Shown here one piece after another: positions 28,179 through 36,367 of a stretch of 41,640 bases of DNA. The notes under the pieces were generated by a model. It searched no databases. It worked only from the letters and a program-made list of their open reading frames with translations, and had not been told where the DNA came from. Origin of the DNA: a virus (taxonomy: Duplodnaviria > Caudoviricetes). The stretch covers positions 1 to 41,640 of IMG/VR virus record IMGVR_UViG_3300032254_000012; one strand, 5' to 3'. Position 1 is the first letter of the stretch; every line of letters starts with the position of its first letter. The translations under genes and the position numbers were made by a program.

Positions 28179-28754
28179 ATGATGATTTTTATTAGCGCAG
28201 GCCACAACGAGAAAGCGCAGGGTGCATCGTATAAAGATGTGACTGAATATATTTTAACAACAAAGTGGGTTGCCTTAATTACGACATTATTGGGTGATGC
28301 TTGTGTGCGTGTTCCAAACGGTCGTTTAAAACATAAGGTTTCGTTTATTAACAGGCGCGCAACAAGAAACGATATTGCTATTGAGATTCACTTTAATTCT
28401 GCAAAGAAATGGCGCGATCTTGATGGTGACGGCGTTGTGGATGCCGATGAATTAATTGCTGTTGGTCGCGGTTCTGAAACACTTTATATGCCGAACAGCA
28501 AAAAAGGGAAAGCGGCTGCAAGCATTATGCAATCCCAACTTGGCCATTTAATGCAACCTGATCGCGGCGCAAAGGAAGGTTACTATCAAATGAACCCTGC
28601 AAAAGGCCCCGACTATTTTCTTCGCGCAACAAAATGTACTGCGCTTATTGTTGAGCCTGAGTTTATTGATAATTTAACTGAGTTAAATCAAAACATGAAT
28701 GCTGCTTGCCATGTTATTGCAGCGGCGGCATTAGAGATTAACAATAACTTATAG
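28179..28754 (+). CDS. Endolysin, N-acetylmuramoyl-L-alanine amidase (Amidase_3)
   Basis: ISAGH, TE, EIHFNS, GSET, ALIVEPEFIDN. Confidence 0.92.
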   Translation: MMIFISAGHNEKAQGASYKDVTEYILTTKWVALITTLLGDACVRVPNGRLKHKVSFINRRATRNDIAIEIHFNSAKKWRDLDGDGVVDADELIAVGRGSETLYMPNSKKGKAAASIMQSQLGHLMQPDRGAKEGYYQMNPAKGPDYFLRATKCTALIVEPEFIDNLTELNQNMNAACHVIAAAALEINNNL

Positions 28755-28765
28755 AAGTAAATATT

Positions 28766-29092
28766 ATGCCAACCGATTTTATTGATAAATATTTATTTGA
28801 GTTAGTCGCATTTGTTGTTGCGCTTCTTGTTTCCTGGCTTGCTACAGAGCCACTTAAACGTTTGTGGCGTAATAAAACAGGTGTTCAGCACGCACTTATT
28901 CCGCGCGTGGCCGCTTTTGTTTTGGCGATGGGCATTATTTATGGGATGTGGCCTGCGAATAGCGCGTGGTCATGGTGGCCATGGGGCATGCTTGCCGGCC
29001 TTGGTAGCCCACTTTCTTACCGTATATTTATTGTTGTTCTTAAAAAGTATTATCCAGATATTGCCGATGCGATTACCGGAACAAAAAAATGA
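28766..29092 (+). CDS. Holin candidate
   Basis: Three hydrophobic segments, basic C-terminus, within the lysis cassette. Confidence 0.65.
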   Translation: MPTDFIDKYLFELVAFVVALLVSWLATEPLKRLWRNKTGVQHALIPRVAAFVLAMGIIYGMWPANSAWSWWPWGMLAGLGSPLSYRIFIVVLKKYYPDIADAITGTKK

Positions 29093-29442
29093 AAATTTAT
29101 GCTGGCATAGGGTTCGTTATTTTTTTAATCGGCGCAGTATGGCTCTACGGTGAAAGTAAATTTGATGCAGGCTACGATACAGCGACCAATGATCACAACA
29201 AACAAGTTGCAAACATTTCAAACCATATGCTAACACTTGCCAAGAAACAAATAACTAAGTCGCAAGAACGTATTAATGCTTTGGAAATTTCTGCAAACAA
29301 ACAAAAGGCTGTAGACAATGAAAAAATCAGATCGCTTCTCGCTCAAAAACCAGAGCTTAAAGAGTATTACACTACTCCCATTCATATTGATGCTGTTGAT
29401 CTTATCTATGGCCCTATCAGGCTGCAGCAAACCAACAATTAA
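29089..29442 (+). CDS. i-spanin (Rz-like)
   Basis: N-terminal TM segment plus coiled coil. Confidence 0.7.
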   Translation: MKIYAGIGFVIFLIGAVWLYGESKFDAGYDTATNDHNKQVANISNHMLTLAKKQITKSQERINALEISANKQKAVDNEKIRSLLAQKPELKEYYTTPIHIDAVDLIYGPIRLQQTNN

Positions 29443-29656
29443 TATTAAGCAGGTTTGCGATATTGATGATCGTCTGGTTGTTAAAATTAAAGAGTGCCAA
29501 CGGCCTACGCATAAAGTTATTAACGGCGATGCTGTTGAGTGCATAAGAAAACTGCGTATTGATATTATGCAAGACAACCCGCGCAAAGAAGAGCTACTTA
29601 AGCAAATTCACCTCTGCAAAAATGCGCCGCAAAATTTGGCAACCCCTACAAAGTAA
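29318..29656 (+). CDS. o-spanin (Rz1-like lipoprotein); true start probably downstream of 29318
   Basis: Lipobox LSGC; overlaps the 3' end of the Rz-like gene in another frame. Confidence 0.7.
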   Translation: MKKSDRFSLKNQSLKSITLLPFILMLLILSMALSGCSKPTINIKQVCDIDDRLVVKIKECQRPTHKVINGDAVECIRKLRIDIMQDNPRKEELLKQIHLCKNAPQNLATPTK

Positions 29657-29912
29657 CACCCAATACTTTTTTTGCAGCATTAATCACAGGCTTTATTCTT
29701 GTCTGTTCGGCTTGCGTCGTTACCGCGATGTCTCTTACTGATCTTACTTGTTCGTAAATCTGGTTTTGCTGTAGGTTACTCTGAATAAGCATAAAAACAC
29801 TTAAGCCTATTGATAAAGTTGTTAGGGCGACATGAAGCGATAGCTTTGGGTTGCTATAATTGCCGACATTTTTAAATGCATTCACTATAATACTTTTTGT
29901 TTTATCATCCAT
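29646..29912 (-). CDS. Small membrane protein (likely start MDDKTK)
   Basis: One TM segment; AAGGGA upstream of the internal ATG of ORF 29646-30017. Confidence 0.5.
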   Translation of the reverse strand: MDDKTKSIIVNAFKNVGNYSNPKLSLHVALTTLSIGLSVFMLIQSNLQQNQIYEQVRSVRDIAVTTQAEQTRIKPVINAAKKVLGVTL

Positions 29913-30046
29913 AATATATAATCCCTTTGTTTTTTTTGTGGCATGATATTGCACGCAGCAAAACAACAACACAACCCCTTTAGCATAAAAATAAAGAACG
30001 GCTTTACTAAATAGCAACCAGTGGTTTATTTCGTAAAACTACTGGT

Positions 30047-30700
30047 TTATTTGGTAAAGCCATCTGTTTTGCCAACCGCGATATAAAGATTACCTAAGCT
30101 CGATACAATTTTTCTAAATTGAATATTCACATTATATTGATTTTTGTCGCGACGAAGATGTTTGGTGTTGAACGAGATAGAATCATGCTCTGATACTACT
30201 CTGCACATTTCTATATAGGTCTCTTTATCTAAATCAGGCTTTATATCATACGGGGTCATGTTTAGGATTTCTTTTTCTGCGTAGCCTGTATTTTTTAAGG
30301 CGGAGGTACTTACGTGAACAAAAGTGTGCGATTTTTCTGAGATCAAGTAGACTTCATCATCCGTCATATCCATGAAGCCCTGAATAATTTTATCTCTTAA
30401 TAAAATTAACTCGCTTTCACCTATTTTAAATTCTTCGTTACTTTCTTCTCGCATCTCATTGCGCACTTCTTCCATTTTTTCCGAGCCAAAGCGCAAAAGT
30501 ATCCAGTGAACATTAAAAAATCTTGCAAGCCTAAACATATTGGCATCAGTTATACCGCCACCTTTAGTCCAGTTTCCAACGGCTGTTTCTGACACGCACA
30601 TATATTTTGCAACCACTTTGTTGGTTACGCCGGGCGTTTCTCGTATTAAAATTAACAGCCGCTCACCAAAGGATCGGCCAAATCCTTTAGCAAATTGCAT
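30047..30700 (-). CDS. XRE-family HTH plus PAS domain regulator
   Basis: NKVVAKYMCVSETAVGNWTKG...LARFFNVHWILLRFG HTH; VSTSALKNTGYAEKEILNMTPYDIKP...HLRRD PAS signature. Confidence 0.85.
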   Translation of the reverse strand: MQFAKGFGRSFGERLLILIRETPGVTNKVVAKYMCVSETAVGNWTKGGGITDANMFRLARFFNVHWILLRFGSEKMEEVRNEMREESNEEFKIGESELILLRDKIIQGFMDMTDDEVYLISEKSHTFVHVSTSALKNTGYAEKEILNMTPYDIKPDLDKETYIEMCRVVSEHDSISFNTKHLRRDKNQYNVNIQFRKIVSSLGNLYIAVGKTDGFTK

Positions 30701-30910
30701 ACTTCTTTAACCTTGTACTAATATCGTAGATATTGATCGCAGAAAAGCGGAGGGAGATAATCTACGCAATTAAAGAGGTGGATTGTATATTATTTAGGCA
30801 CACTAAAAAACCGACAATTATTTGACACTTTTGGGGGTTGGGATTACGTTAATCATGGAATTTCATACGAAATCCCATGATCAATGAATATTATAATAAT
30901 AGAGAAGGGT

Positions 30911-31546
30911 TTATTTGGTTGCTTTAATAAATTCTTGGAAACCATATACCCCCGAAGCTTCAACGGCTGCTTGGTGGTATTCTTCTTTTTCTTTTGATTT
31001 GACCGGAATTGAGCAATCACCTTCAATAAAACTACGCTCCAAATCCACTTTTACAAGAAGAGTATTTGCTTTTGTGAATCGCTCAATTAATGCCCTGTTT
31101 ACAATATAGCGCTTTGTTGCTGCGTAGGTGGCTGGCGCATATATAGTAGGCAAATAAACCCCGCGGGCATAAAAGCTACCTGCGCTTTGAAACTCGGTTA
31201 GTTTTTCTGTTTTCGTTATTTTGTCGATTGATGATAAACCAACGGTTGCACCATCAATTTTAAAATGTAACGAGTTATTGGTTGCAATGCTGGAGTGGAT
31301 CGGCGTTTTAACTGTTAAGATAATTTTATCTTGTTGTCGCTGTTTTTCGTCCTGGTATAAGTCCATGCGAATAATGGTACCGTCGTCTGCGCAGGCAATA
31401 TTTTTAACTCTGGTGTATTTTAAGTTATTAAACTTAGATTCGCCTTGAGTAACAACATTATAAAATTTACGATGAAGACTTGATGTGTCATAGCTTGCGC
31501 AGCCTGCCAGTAAAGCAAAGAGGGTTGTTAGTAGCCCGATTTTCAT
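30911..31546 (-). CDS. Lipoprotein (moron; possible superinfection exclusion)
   Basis: Signal peptide with LAGC lipobox; directly downstream of the repressor. Confidence 0.75.
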   Translation of the reverse strand: MKIGLLTTLFALLAGCASYDTSSLHRKFYNVVTQGESKFNNLKYTRVKNIACADDGTIIRMDLYQDEKQRQQDKIILTVKTPIHSSIATNNSLHFKIDGATVGLSSIDKITKTEKLTEFQSAGSFYARGVYLPTIYAPATYAATKRYIVNRALIERFTKANTLLVKVDLERSFIEGDCSIPVKSKEKEEYHQAAVEASGVYGFQEFIKATK

Positions 31547-31574
31547 TTTTACTTTTCCTTAAGTTTTATTTTAA

Positions 31575-32063
31575 TCACATCGCCAACTTTACGAGTGAGG
31601 CGATATCTTTTTTATTGATTTTGCCATTATTTTTTAGCACCTGGTCGTAGCTATAGGCTAAAAGGTAATCGAACTTCGATTGATCGTGTTCTGTTTTAAT
31701 TTCTACACCAGCTTCATTGATTAACTCATGAACGGCTTTGCTGACTTCATCAAACAGGGTGTAGTCAATACTGCTGTATGCAGGGGAGGTTTCGGCCACG
31801 CCGCACAACATATCAACCTTTTCGGGGCCTCTACCATTAATCACCCATTCGAGAGAGTAACCCTTTTCCCTGGCAAAGCTTACTAAGTAGTCAAAGGGAA
31901 GACTGTCCCGTGACTTAAACCCAGCTAAAGATCTTCTATCCATATCCAGCGCTGTTGCTGCATCGGTATCGAAACGCCAGCCCTCAGATACTTTTAGGCG
32001 CTCAAGCACAGAATTAAGTGAATATTTATTGTTATTTTCGCTATATTTTGTTGACATTATCAT
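31575..32063 (-). CDS. CI-like repressor (186/HP1 CI-type HTH, no peptidase domain)
   Basis: VLERLK...ALDMDRRSLAGFKSRDSLPFD...YSLEWVINGRG; divergent from the Cro-like genes. Confidence 0.8.
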   Translation of the reverse strand: MIMSTKYSENNNKYSLNSVLERLKVSEGWRFDTDAATALDMDRRSLAGFKSRDSLPFDYLVSFAREKGYSLEWVINGRGPEKVDMLCGVAETSPAYSSIDYTLFDEVSKAVHELINEAGVEIKTEHDQSKFDYLLAYSYDQVLKNNGKINKKDIASLVKLAM

Positions 32064-32098
32064 AATTACGTCTATTATTGTCTATATTAGATAGACAA
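32051..32098 (+). promoter_or_regulatory. Early promoter and operator palindrome
   Basis: TTGACA at 32051, TATTAT at 32073; TTGTCTAT-N5-ATAGACAA at 32078-32098. Confidence 0.6.
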
Positions 32099-32121
32099 AC
32101 AGGATATTAGGTAGTCAAATT

Positions 32122-32391
32122 ATGTCGCAAGTGACTGATATAAAAGAAATTAACACATCGAAGCCGCTTTTTCTCCTAAAAAAGCACGGTATTAGCTTAA
32201 GCGGCATAGGTCGGGGCGTCGGTTTTTGTACTGATACTGTAAGCGCCGTTCTTAATCCAAAAAAATGTGACGGGGTTAGTCACAAAATCACCATAAAAGT
32301 TCGCGGACGTGTTGATGCTTTATTGGTTGCAGCTGGCGAACCTGTTGACGGGTTGTGGCTTGAGCACGACCGCATGGATGAGGCAGCATAA
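32122..32391 (+). CDS. Cro/Ner-like HTH protein
   Basis: LKKHGISLSGIGRGVGFCTDTVSAVLN. Confidence 0.7.
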   Translation: MSQVTDIKEINTSKPLFLLKKHGISLSGIGRGVGFCTDTVSAVLNPKKCDGVSHKITIKVRGRVDALLVAAGEPVDGLWLEHDRMDEAA

Positions 32392-32759
32392 TGGTCGCCT
32401 TTGCTACCGAACAACAAAAAGTTCCACAGGTGGAAAAGTTGCCACGTGGAACACTCCATAAAAAAGACTCTAATTTGCCTATTGCTTTGCGTGATTGGTC
32501 TATCGCTAAAACAACTTTGCGCAAGTATGGCGTTAGCCAGGATGATGTGGCTGATTACATTGACACGCCAAAATCCACCATTAATCGTTGCCTTGATTTT
32601 CGTCGCTTTTATCGTGCCGAGCATATTAATTTGATGCGTGTGCGCTCTGCTGTTGAGTTGCTCCTTGATGAAGCAGGGTGGCCACAGGCAGACGATGTTG
32701 CTCAGGGTGTCAATGATCTCTGGCAAGACTATGAGTCTGAACTTTGCGAGATGATGTAA
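32391..32759 (+). CDS. HTH protein, paralogue of the preceding gene
   Basis: LRKYGVSQDDVADYIDTPKSTINRCL. Confidence 0.7.
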   Translation: MVAFATEQQKVPQVEKLPRGTLHKKDSNLPIALRDWSIAKTTLRKYGVSQDDVADYIDTPKSTINRCLDFRRFYRAEHINLMRVRSAVELLLDEAGWPQADDVAQGVNDLWQDYESELCEMM

Positions 32760-33485
32760 ATGAAACTTATTGGCTACATTCGCGTTTCGACTGATGAGCA
32801 GGCTAAAGATGGTCAAAGCCTTTCTATTCAGGATTTGCAGCTGCATAAGTATTGTGAGCTGCATGGACACGAGTTGATAGATGTGATCGTTGACGATGGA
32901 GTTAGCGCAAGCATTAATCTGGATAAGCGCCCAGCCGGCTTTATGTTGCTTGATAGATTGAAAGATAAAGAGGCCGATGGTTTTGTTGTGCAGCGTTTGG
33001 ATCGCGCTTTTCGCATTACTATTGATGGTTTGTTGACTGCTGAGTTGTTTAACAAGCGCGGACTGACGATTCACTCTGTTAACGAACATATCGACACGAC
33101 CACGGCTTTTGGTAAGTTTGTTTTGCGTTCCATGCTTTCGATGGCCGAACTTGAGCGAGATAAAATTAGTGAGCGTGCCACAGAAACGTTTGAGGGTTTG
33201 CGTGACCAAGCCAAACCTTGGGGGCCAACACCGTTTGGGTTGGTTCGTGTTGGTGACAAACTTTATCGTGACAAAGAAACGTGGGCGGTGCGTGAGGCGG
33301 TTATTTCTTTGCGTGACACTCTTTCTTTGCGCGCTGTTTGTACTGAGCTGCAACAGCGTGACATTGCCAGCCCAAGCGGGGGCAAGTTGTGGCATCCAAG
33401 TACTTTGATTGGGATCATTAATAATCATAATGAGTTAAAGCATATACCTTTTTTAAAGGCTTGCAATGAAGCGCGGGTTTCATAG
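32760..33485 (+). CDS. Serine recombinase (resolvase/invertase family)
   Basis: GYIRVSTDEQ, DDGVSA, RLDRAFR, AELERDKISERA; short C-terminal DNA-binding region. Confidence 0.95.
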   Translation: MKLIGYIRVSTDEQAKDGQSLSIQDLQLHKYCELHGHELIDVIVDDGVSASINLDKRPAGFMLLDRLKDKEADGFVVQRLDRAFRITIDGLLTAELFNKRGLTIHSVNEHIDTTTAFGKFVLRSMLSMAELERDKISERATETFEGLRDQAKPWGPTPFGLVRVGDKLYRDKETWAVREAVISLRDTLSLRAVCTELQQRDIASPSGGKLWHPSTLIGIINNHNELKHIPFLKACNEARVS

Positions 33486-33503
33486 GTGAAGAATTTAAAA
33501 AAC

Positions 33504-33659
33504 ATTAAGAGTTCTTAGCGAGGGGAATAAGTAGCACAAGACTAAGTGCAACGAAATCAAAATAGCTACAGTTGAACGTTTTCCCAGCGTGCTGCTCCAT
33601 AAGACAACTAGAGATAACAGGTGGTTTGGTCACCGCCTCTCTCGCTAAGAATTCTTAAT
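33504..33659 (+). ncRNA. Putative structured RNA closed by a 22-bp stem
   Basis: 33504-33525 pairs with 33638-33659; all three non-Watson-Crick positions are G-U on the + strand. Confidence 0.5.
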
Positions 33660-33706
33660 ATTGTTTAATGTATTGCAATATAGCTCAATGAATAAAGGGG
33701 TGGGAT

Positions 33707-33928
33707 ATGACAGAACAATCTAACGAAATAGGTTCGTGTGAAGTGTGTGGTTTGGTTGATCATCATTTGGTTGATGGAGCATGTAACGCATGCAATAGCA
33801 AGCATAACCTTGTTACCGGTGAGCATGCCTGTAATGATAATTATGTACTTGACGTTTCTCGCTCTATAGATGCCGCCTTAAAGCAAGCGGCATTTTCTGA
33901 GACGCTAAATGTTGAGGTTACAGCATGA
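33707..33928 (+). CDS. Small Zn-finger-like protein
   Basis: CEVC...CNAC. Confidence 0.7.
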   Translation: MTEQSNEIGSCEVCGLVDHHLVDGACNACNSKHNLVTGEHACNDNYVLDVSRSIDAALKQAAFSETLNVEVTA

Positions 33929-34104
33929 TTTTATATTATGTCTCGATAGGCGCAATATTGATTTTAATTATTATTGGTGCATTCTTTTTATTTAAACCTA
34001 ATAAAAATGATTCATGTTTTTGTCACCCCCCACAACCTCGCCCTAAAGCGCCGCCAAGAAAAAACGGCGTGGTGGGCGAACCTATTGAGTGGCCCAGCAA
34101 ATGA
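33925..34104 (+). CDS. Small membrane protein (59 aa, not in ORF track)
   Basis: ATGA-coupled at both ends; N-terminal TM segment then Pro-rich tail. Confidence 0.6.
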   Translation: MILYYVSIGAILILIIIGAFFLFKPNKNDSCFCHPPQPRPKAPPRKNGVVGEPIEWPSK

Positions 34105-34337
34105 AAATGGTTGCTAATCAACTTGGCCTGGCTGTTATTAATAACGAGTCTTTTTTAATTCATATTCTGCTTATTCAACCAGATAAAATTACGGCTCGAC
34201 TTTATAACAGCACAACAGGCCGATGGTTGTCTAAAAGAAAAATTGAAGCAAGCGACATTAAATATGTTTTTTATCACGTTGGCGGAAAACCTCAAAAATT
34301 ATTACCGCCGAAAGCAACAACAAAGGTAGCGGCATAA
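34101..34337 (+). CDS. Hypothetical protein
   Basis: Coupled ORF within track ORF 34089-34337. Confidence 0.6.
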   Translation: MKMVANQLGLAVINNESFLIHILLIQPDKITARLYNSTTGRWLSKRKIEASDIKYVFYHVGGKPQKLLPPKATTKVAA

Positions 34338-34909
34338 TGGAAACGCGGAACGAAACAATTGAAAGAATTGTGACTGATTATATTCGAGTAACATCGGTTA
34401 GTTGGGATACATATAGCCAGTCTGTTTTAGAGCATTATCACGAATGCGTTCTGTCTATGAAGCGCAGCGTTAAGTTTCATGTTGGCGGGGATGTTTTTAA
34501 GGATGGTCGCGCGAATGCACAGCTTGTTGGACGTTTATTGCGTGGTGATGTGCGCATGCCCGTAGAGATTGAAGAGAGCCTGATTGAGGCGCTGCCTGAT
34601 GAGTGGCGTAAGAACTTAAAGTCTGTTCTTGCTACCCGCATGGGCTTGCTTGCTTCGCCTATTCCTGGCGATAAAACATCGGTTGAGTTTCGACATATCG
34701 GACAGATGGCGAAAGAATTTGGTGATTTGCTTTCAGTTGTTAGTGAGGCTTATGAAGATGACACGTTTGATAACAATGACGCCCATTTAGCAGACAGAAT
34801 TTTAAAAGAAGGTTGTGACCTTATGGCGATGGTTACTACCGTTATGCATAAGGCCGAGCAAATTAACAAACAAAGCAAGGTTCATTTTTTAAACCGGAAT
34901 AAGGGGTGA
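34337..34909 (+). CDS. Phage regulatory protein (CII-like, tentative)
   Basis: Helical; MAKEFGDLL...D.....ILKEG.DL pattern. Confidence 0.5.
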   Translation: METRNETIERIVTDYIRVTSVSWDTYSQSVLEHYHECVLSMKRSVKFHVGGDVFKDGRANAQLVGRLLRGDVRMPVEIEESLIEALPDEWRKNLKSVLATRMGLLASPIPGDKTSVEFRHIGQMAKEFGDLLSVVSEAYEDDTFDNNDAHLADRILKEGCDLMAMVTTVMHKAEQINKQSKVHFLNRNKG

Positions 34910-35169
34910 AGGTCATGCAAGAACACAATATTGACTTAAGTTCATTATCTAAACGTAAAGAAATTACAGATGCTTTTTTAGGCAGTCTTACTCCGTGCGA
35001 GCTTAGAGTCTGGAACAAATGGTTTCCGTCGAAAACAGTAACAGACATTATGTTGCTTCGCGTTTTGCGCGGGCGTCGATTCCCTTTAATACAGGGTGGT
35101 AAAATTGGTAGCGGAATACGCCCGTTTTCGCATACACCAGCGCCATTAGGCGGCGGTCACGCGGCATGA
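34906..35169 (+). CDS. Hypothetical protein
   Basis: Coupled ORF. Confidence 0.6.
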   Translation: MKVMQEHNIDLSSLSKRKEITDAFLGSLTPCELRVWNKWFPSKTVTDIMLLRVLRGRRFPLIQGGKIGSGIRPFSHTPAPLGGGHAA

Positions 35170-35387
35170 ACAACCATGTTAGCCAAAAAAAGCTAGAAGA
35201 TGTGTTGATTGCCATCTGGGGCGGCAAGAGTTATTCGCACTGGCAAATGGTGTCTTCTATTTGCTTTGGTTTTTCTTTACTTTTTAAAAATGCAGATAAT
35301 GATAAATTTTTACAGTGTTTTTGTTTATACCAAGTCGCCACGGTTATGGCCAATGAGTGTTGTAATAATTTAAAGGCAGCAGCATGA
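35166..35387 (+). CDS. Hypothetical protein
   Basis: ATGA-coupled ORF. Confidence 0.6.
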   Translation: MNNHVSQKKLEDVLIAIWGGKSYSHWQMVSSICFGFSLLFKNADNDKFLQCFCLYQVATVMANECCNNLKAAA

Positions 35388-36367
35388 CAAAAACGATTGA
35401 TTTTAAGCCCGTTCATTTTAAGCCTCGCGAGGTTTCTGTGCCTGGCGTGATTGTTAAAACAATGTCTCAGTTTATTGTTTTTTTAAGGGGGCATAATTTA
35501 TCAGATAATACATTGATAGCTTATCAAACAGACCTGGAACAATTAGCCGGTTTTTTGTTGTCGCGTGATATTCATCATGTGCAACAAGTTGCCACCCATC
35601 ATCTTGATGATTTTATTACGGCATTGGTTGACGGCGAAGGCATTAAGCCGCGCAGCGCTGCACGCAAACTGGCAACGGTTCGCCGGTTTTTTAAATTTTG
35701 TATAAGCCGTAAAATTATTTTAAGCGATCCGGCAATTCATACAGAAAAGGTTCGTTTTTCTTTTACGCCAGCCATTGCGCCGACAGAAGATGTTTTGTTG
35801 TCTCTTATTGAAAACATTCCCGCTAACACAACTATTGGCTTACGTGATCGAGCAATGTTTAGACTGCTTTATGATGCGGGCTTGCGGCGAGCCACATTGC
35901 GTGAGCTTGATGTTTTTAATGAGAAAAATCCGCCTGACTGCACTGTGTGGCCTAACCTTGTGGTGACGTTCACAAATAAAGGTGGCAACAATGAAAACAA
36001 CCCAATTAACGAAACCACTAAAAGATATGTGGATGAGTGGCTTGAGGTTCGCCAGCATTTTACGCGCAACAAAAGCTGTAATGCTTTATTTTTATCTAAC
36101 CGTGGGACGCGCTTAACCTCTAACGCAATTCATGATCGTTTAAAAATTTACGCTAAAAAAGAAGGGGTGCCGCATATGCATATGCATTTGTTTCGGCATG
36201 GAAGGGCGCGACATATTATTGATAAATTAGGCTTGCAAGCCGCTCAAGGCTTTTTAAAGCACTCAGACATTCGCACAACAGCAAACATTTATGGGCTTCA
36301 AGATACGGCTAAAGTGCGTCAAAAGCTACGAGATGAGTGCGAGCTTGGCACTGAGGCCGCAGCGTGA
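35384..36367 (+). CDS. Tyrosine recombinase, XerC/D-like (no. 2)
   Basis: SDNTLIAYQTDL, RDRAMFRLLYDAGLRR, NKGG, HLFRHG, LKHSDIRTTANIY. Confidence 0.93.
   Translation: MTKTIDFKPVHFKPREVSVPGVIVKTMSQFIVFLRGHNLSDNTLIAYQTDLEQLAGFLLSRDIHHVQQVATHHLDDFITALVDGEGIKPRSAARKLATVRRFFKFCISRKIILSDPAIHTEKVRFSFTPAIAPTEDVLLSLIENIPANTTIGLRDRAMFRLLYDAGLRRATLRELDVFNEKNPPDCTVWPNLVVTFTNKGGNNENNPINETTKRYVDEWLEVRQHFTRNKSCNALFLSNRGTRLTSNAIHDRLKIYAKKEGVPHMHMHLFRHGRARHIIDKLGLQAAQGFLKHSDIRTTANIYGLQDTAKVRQKLRDECELGTEAAA

Noticed and set aside
27600-30046. Complete DGR cassette downstream of the Mtd-like gene
   Set aside because: No template repeat, Avd or YxDD reverse transcriptase found by eye on either strand.
30016-30046. 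Hairpin AACCAGTGGTTT...AAACTACTGGTT after the XRE-PAS gene
   Set aside because: Possible terminator but no U-tract; too weak to call.
32280-33428. 382-aa minus-strand ORF
   Set aside because: Antisense shadow of the Cro-like and serine recombinase genes, no motifs.
33504-33659. Retron msr-msd or tRNA
   Set aside because: No reverse transcriptase in the window; no T-loop or cloverleaf recognisable.
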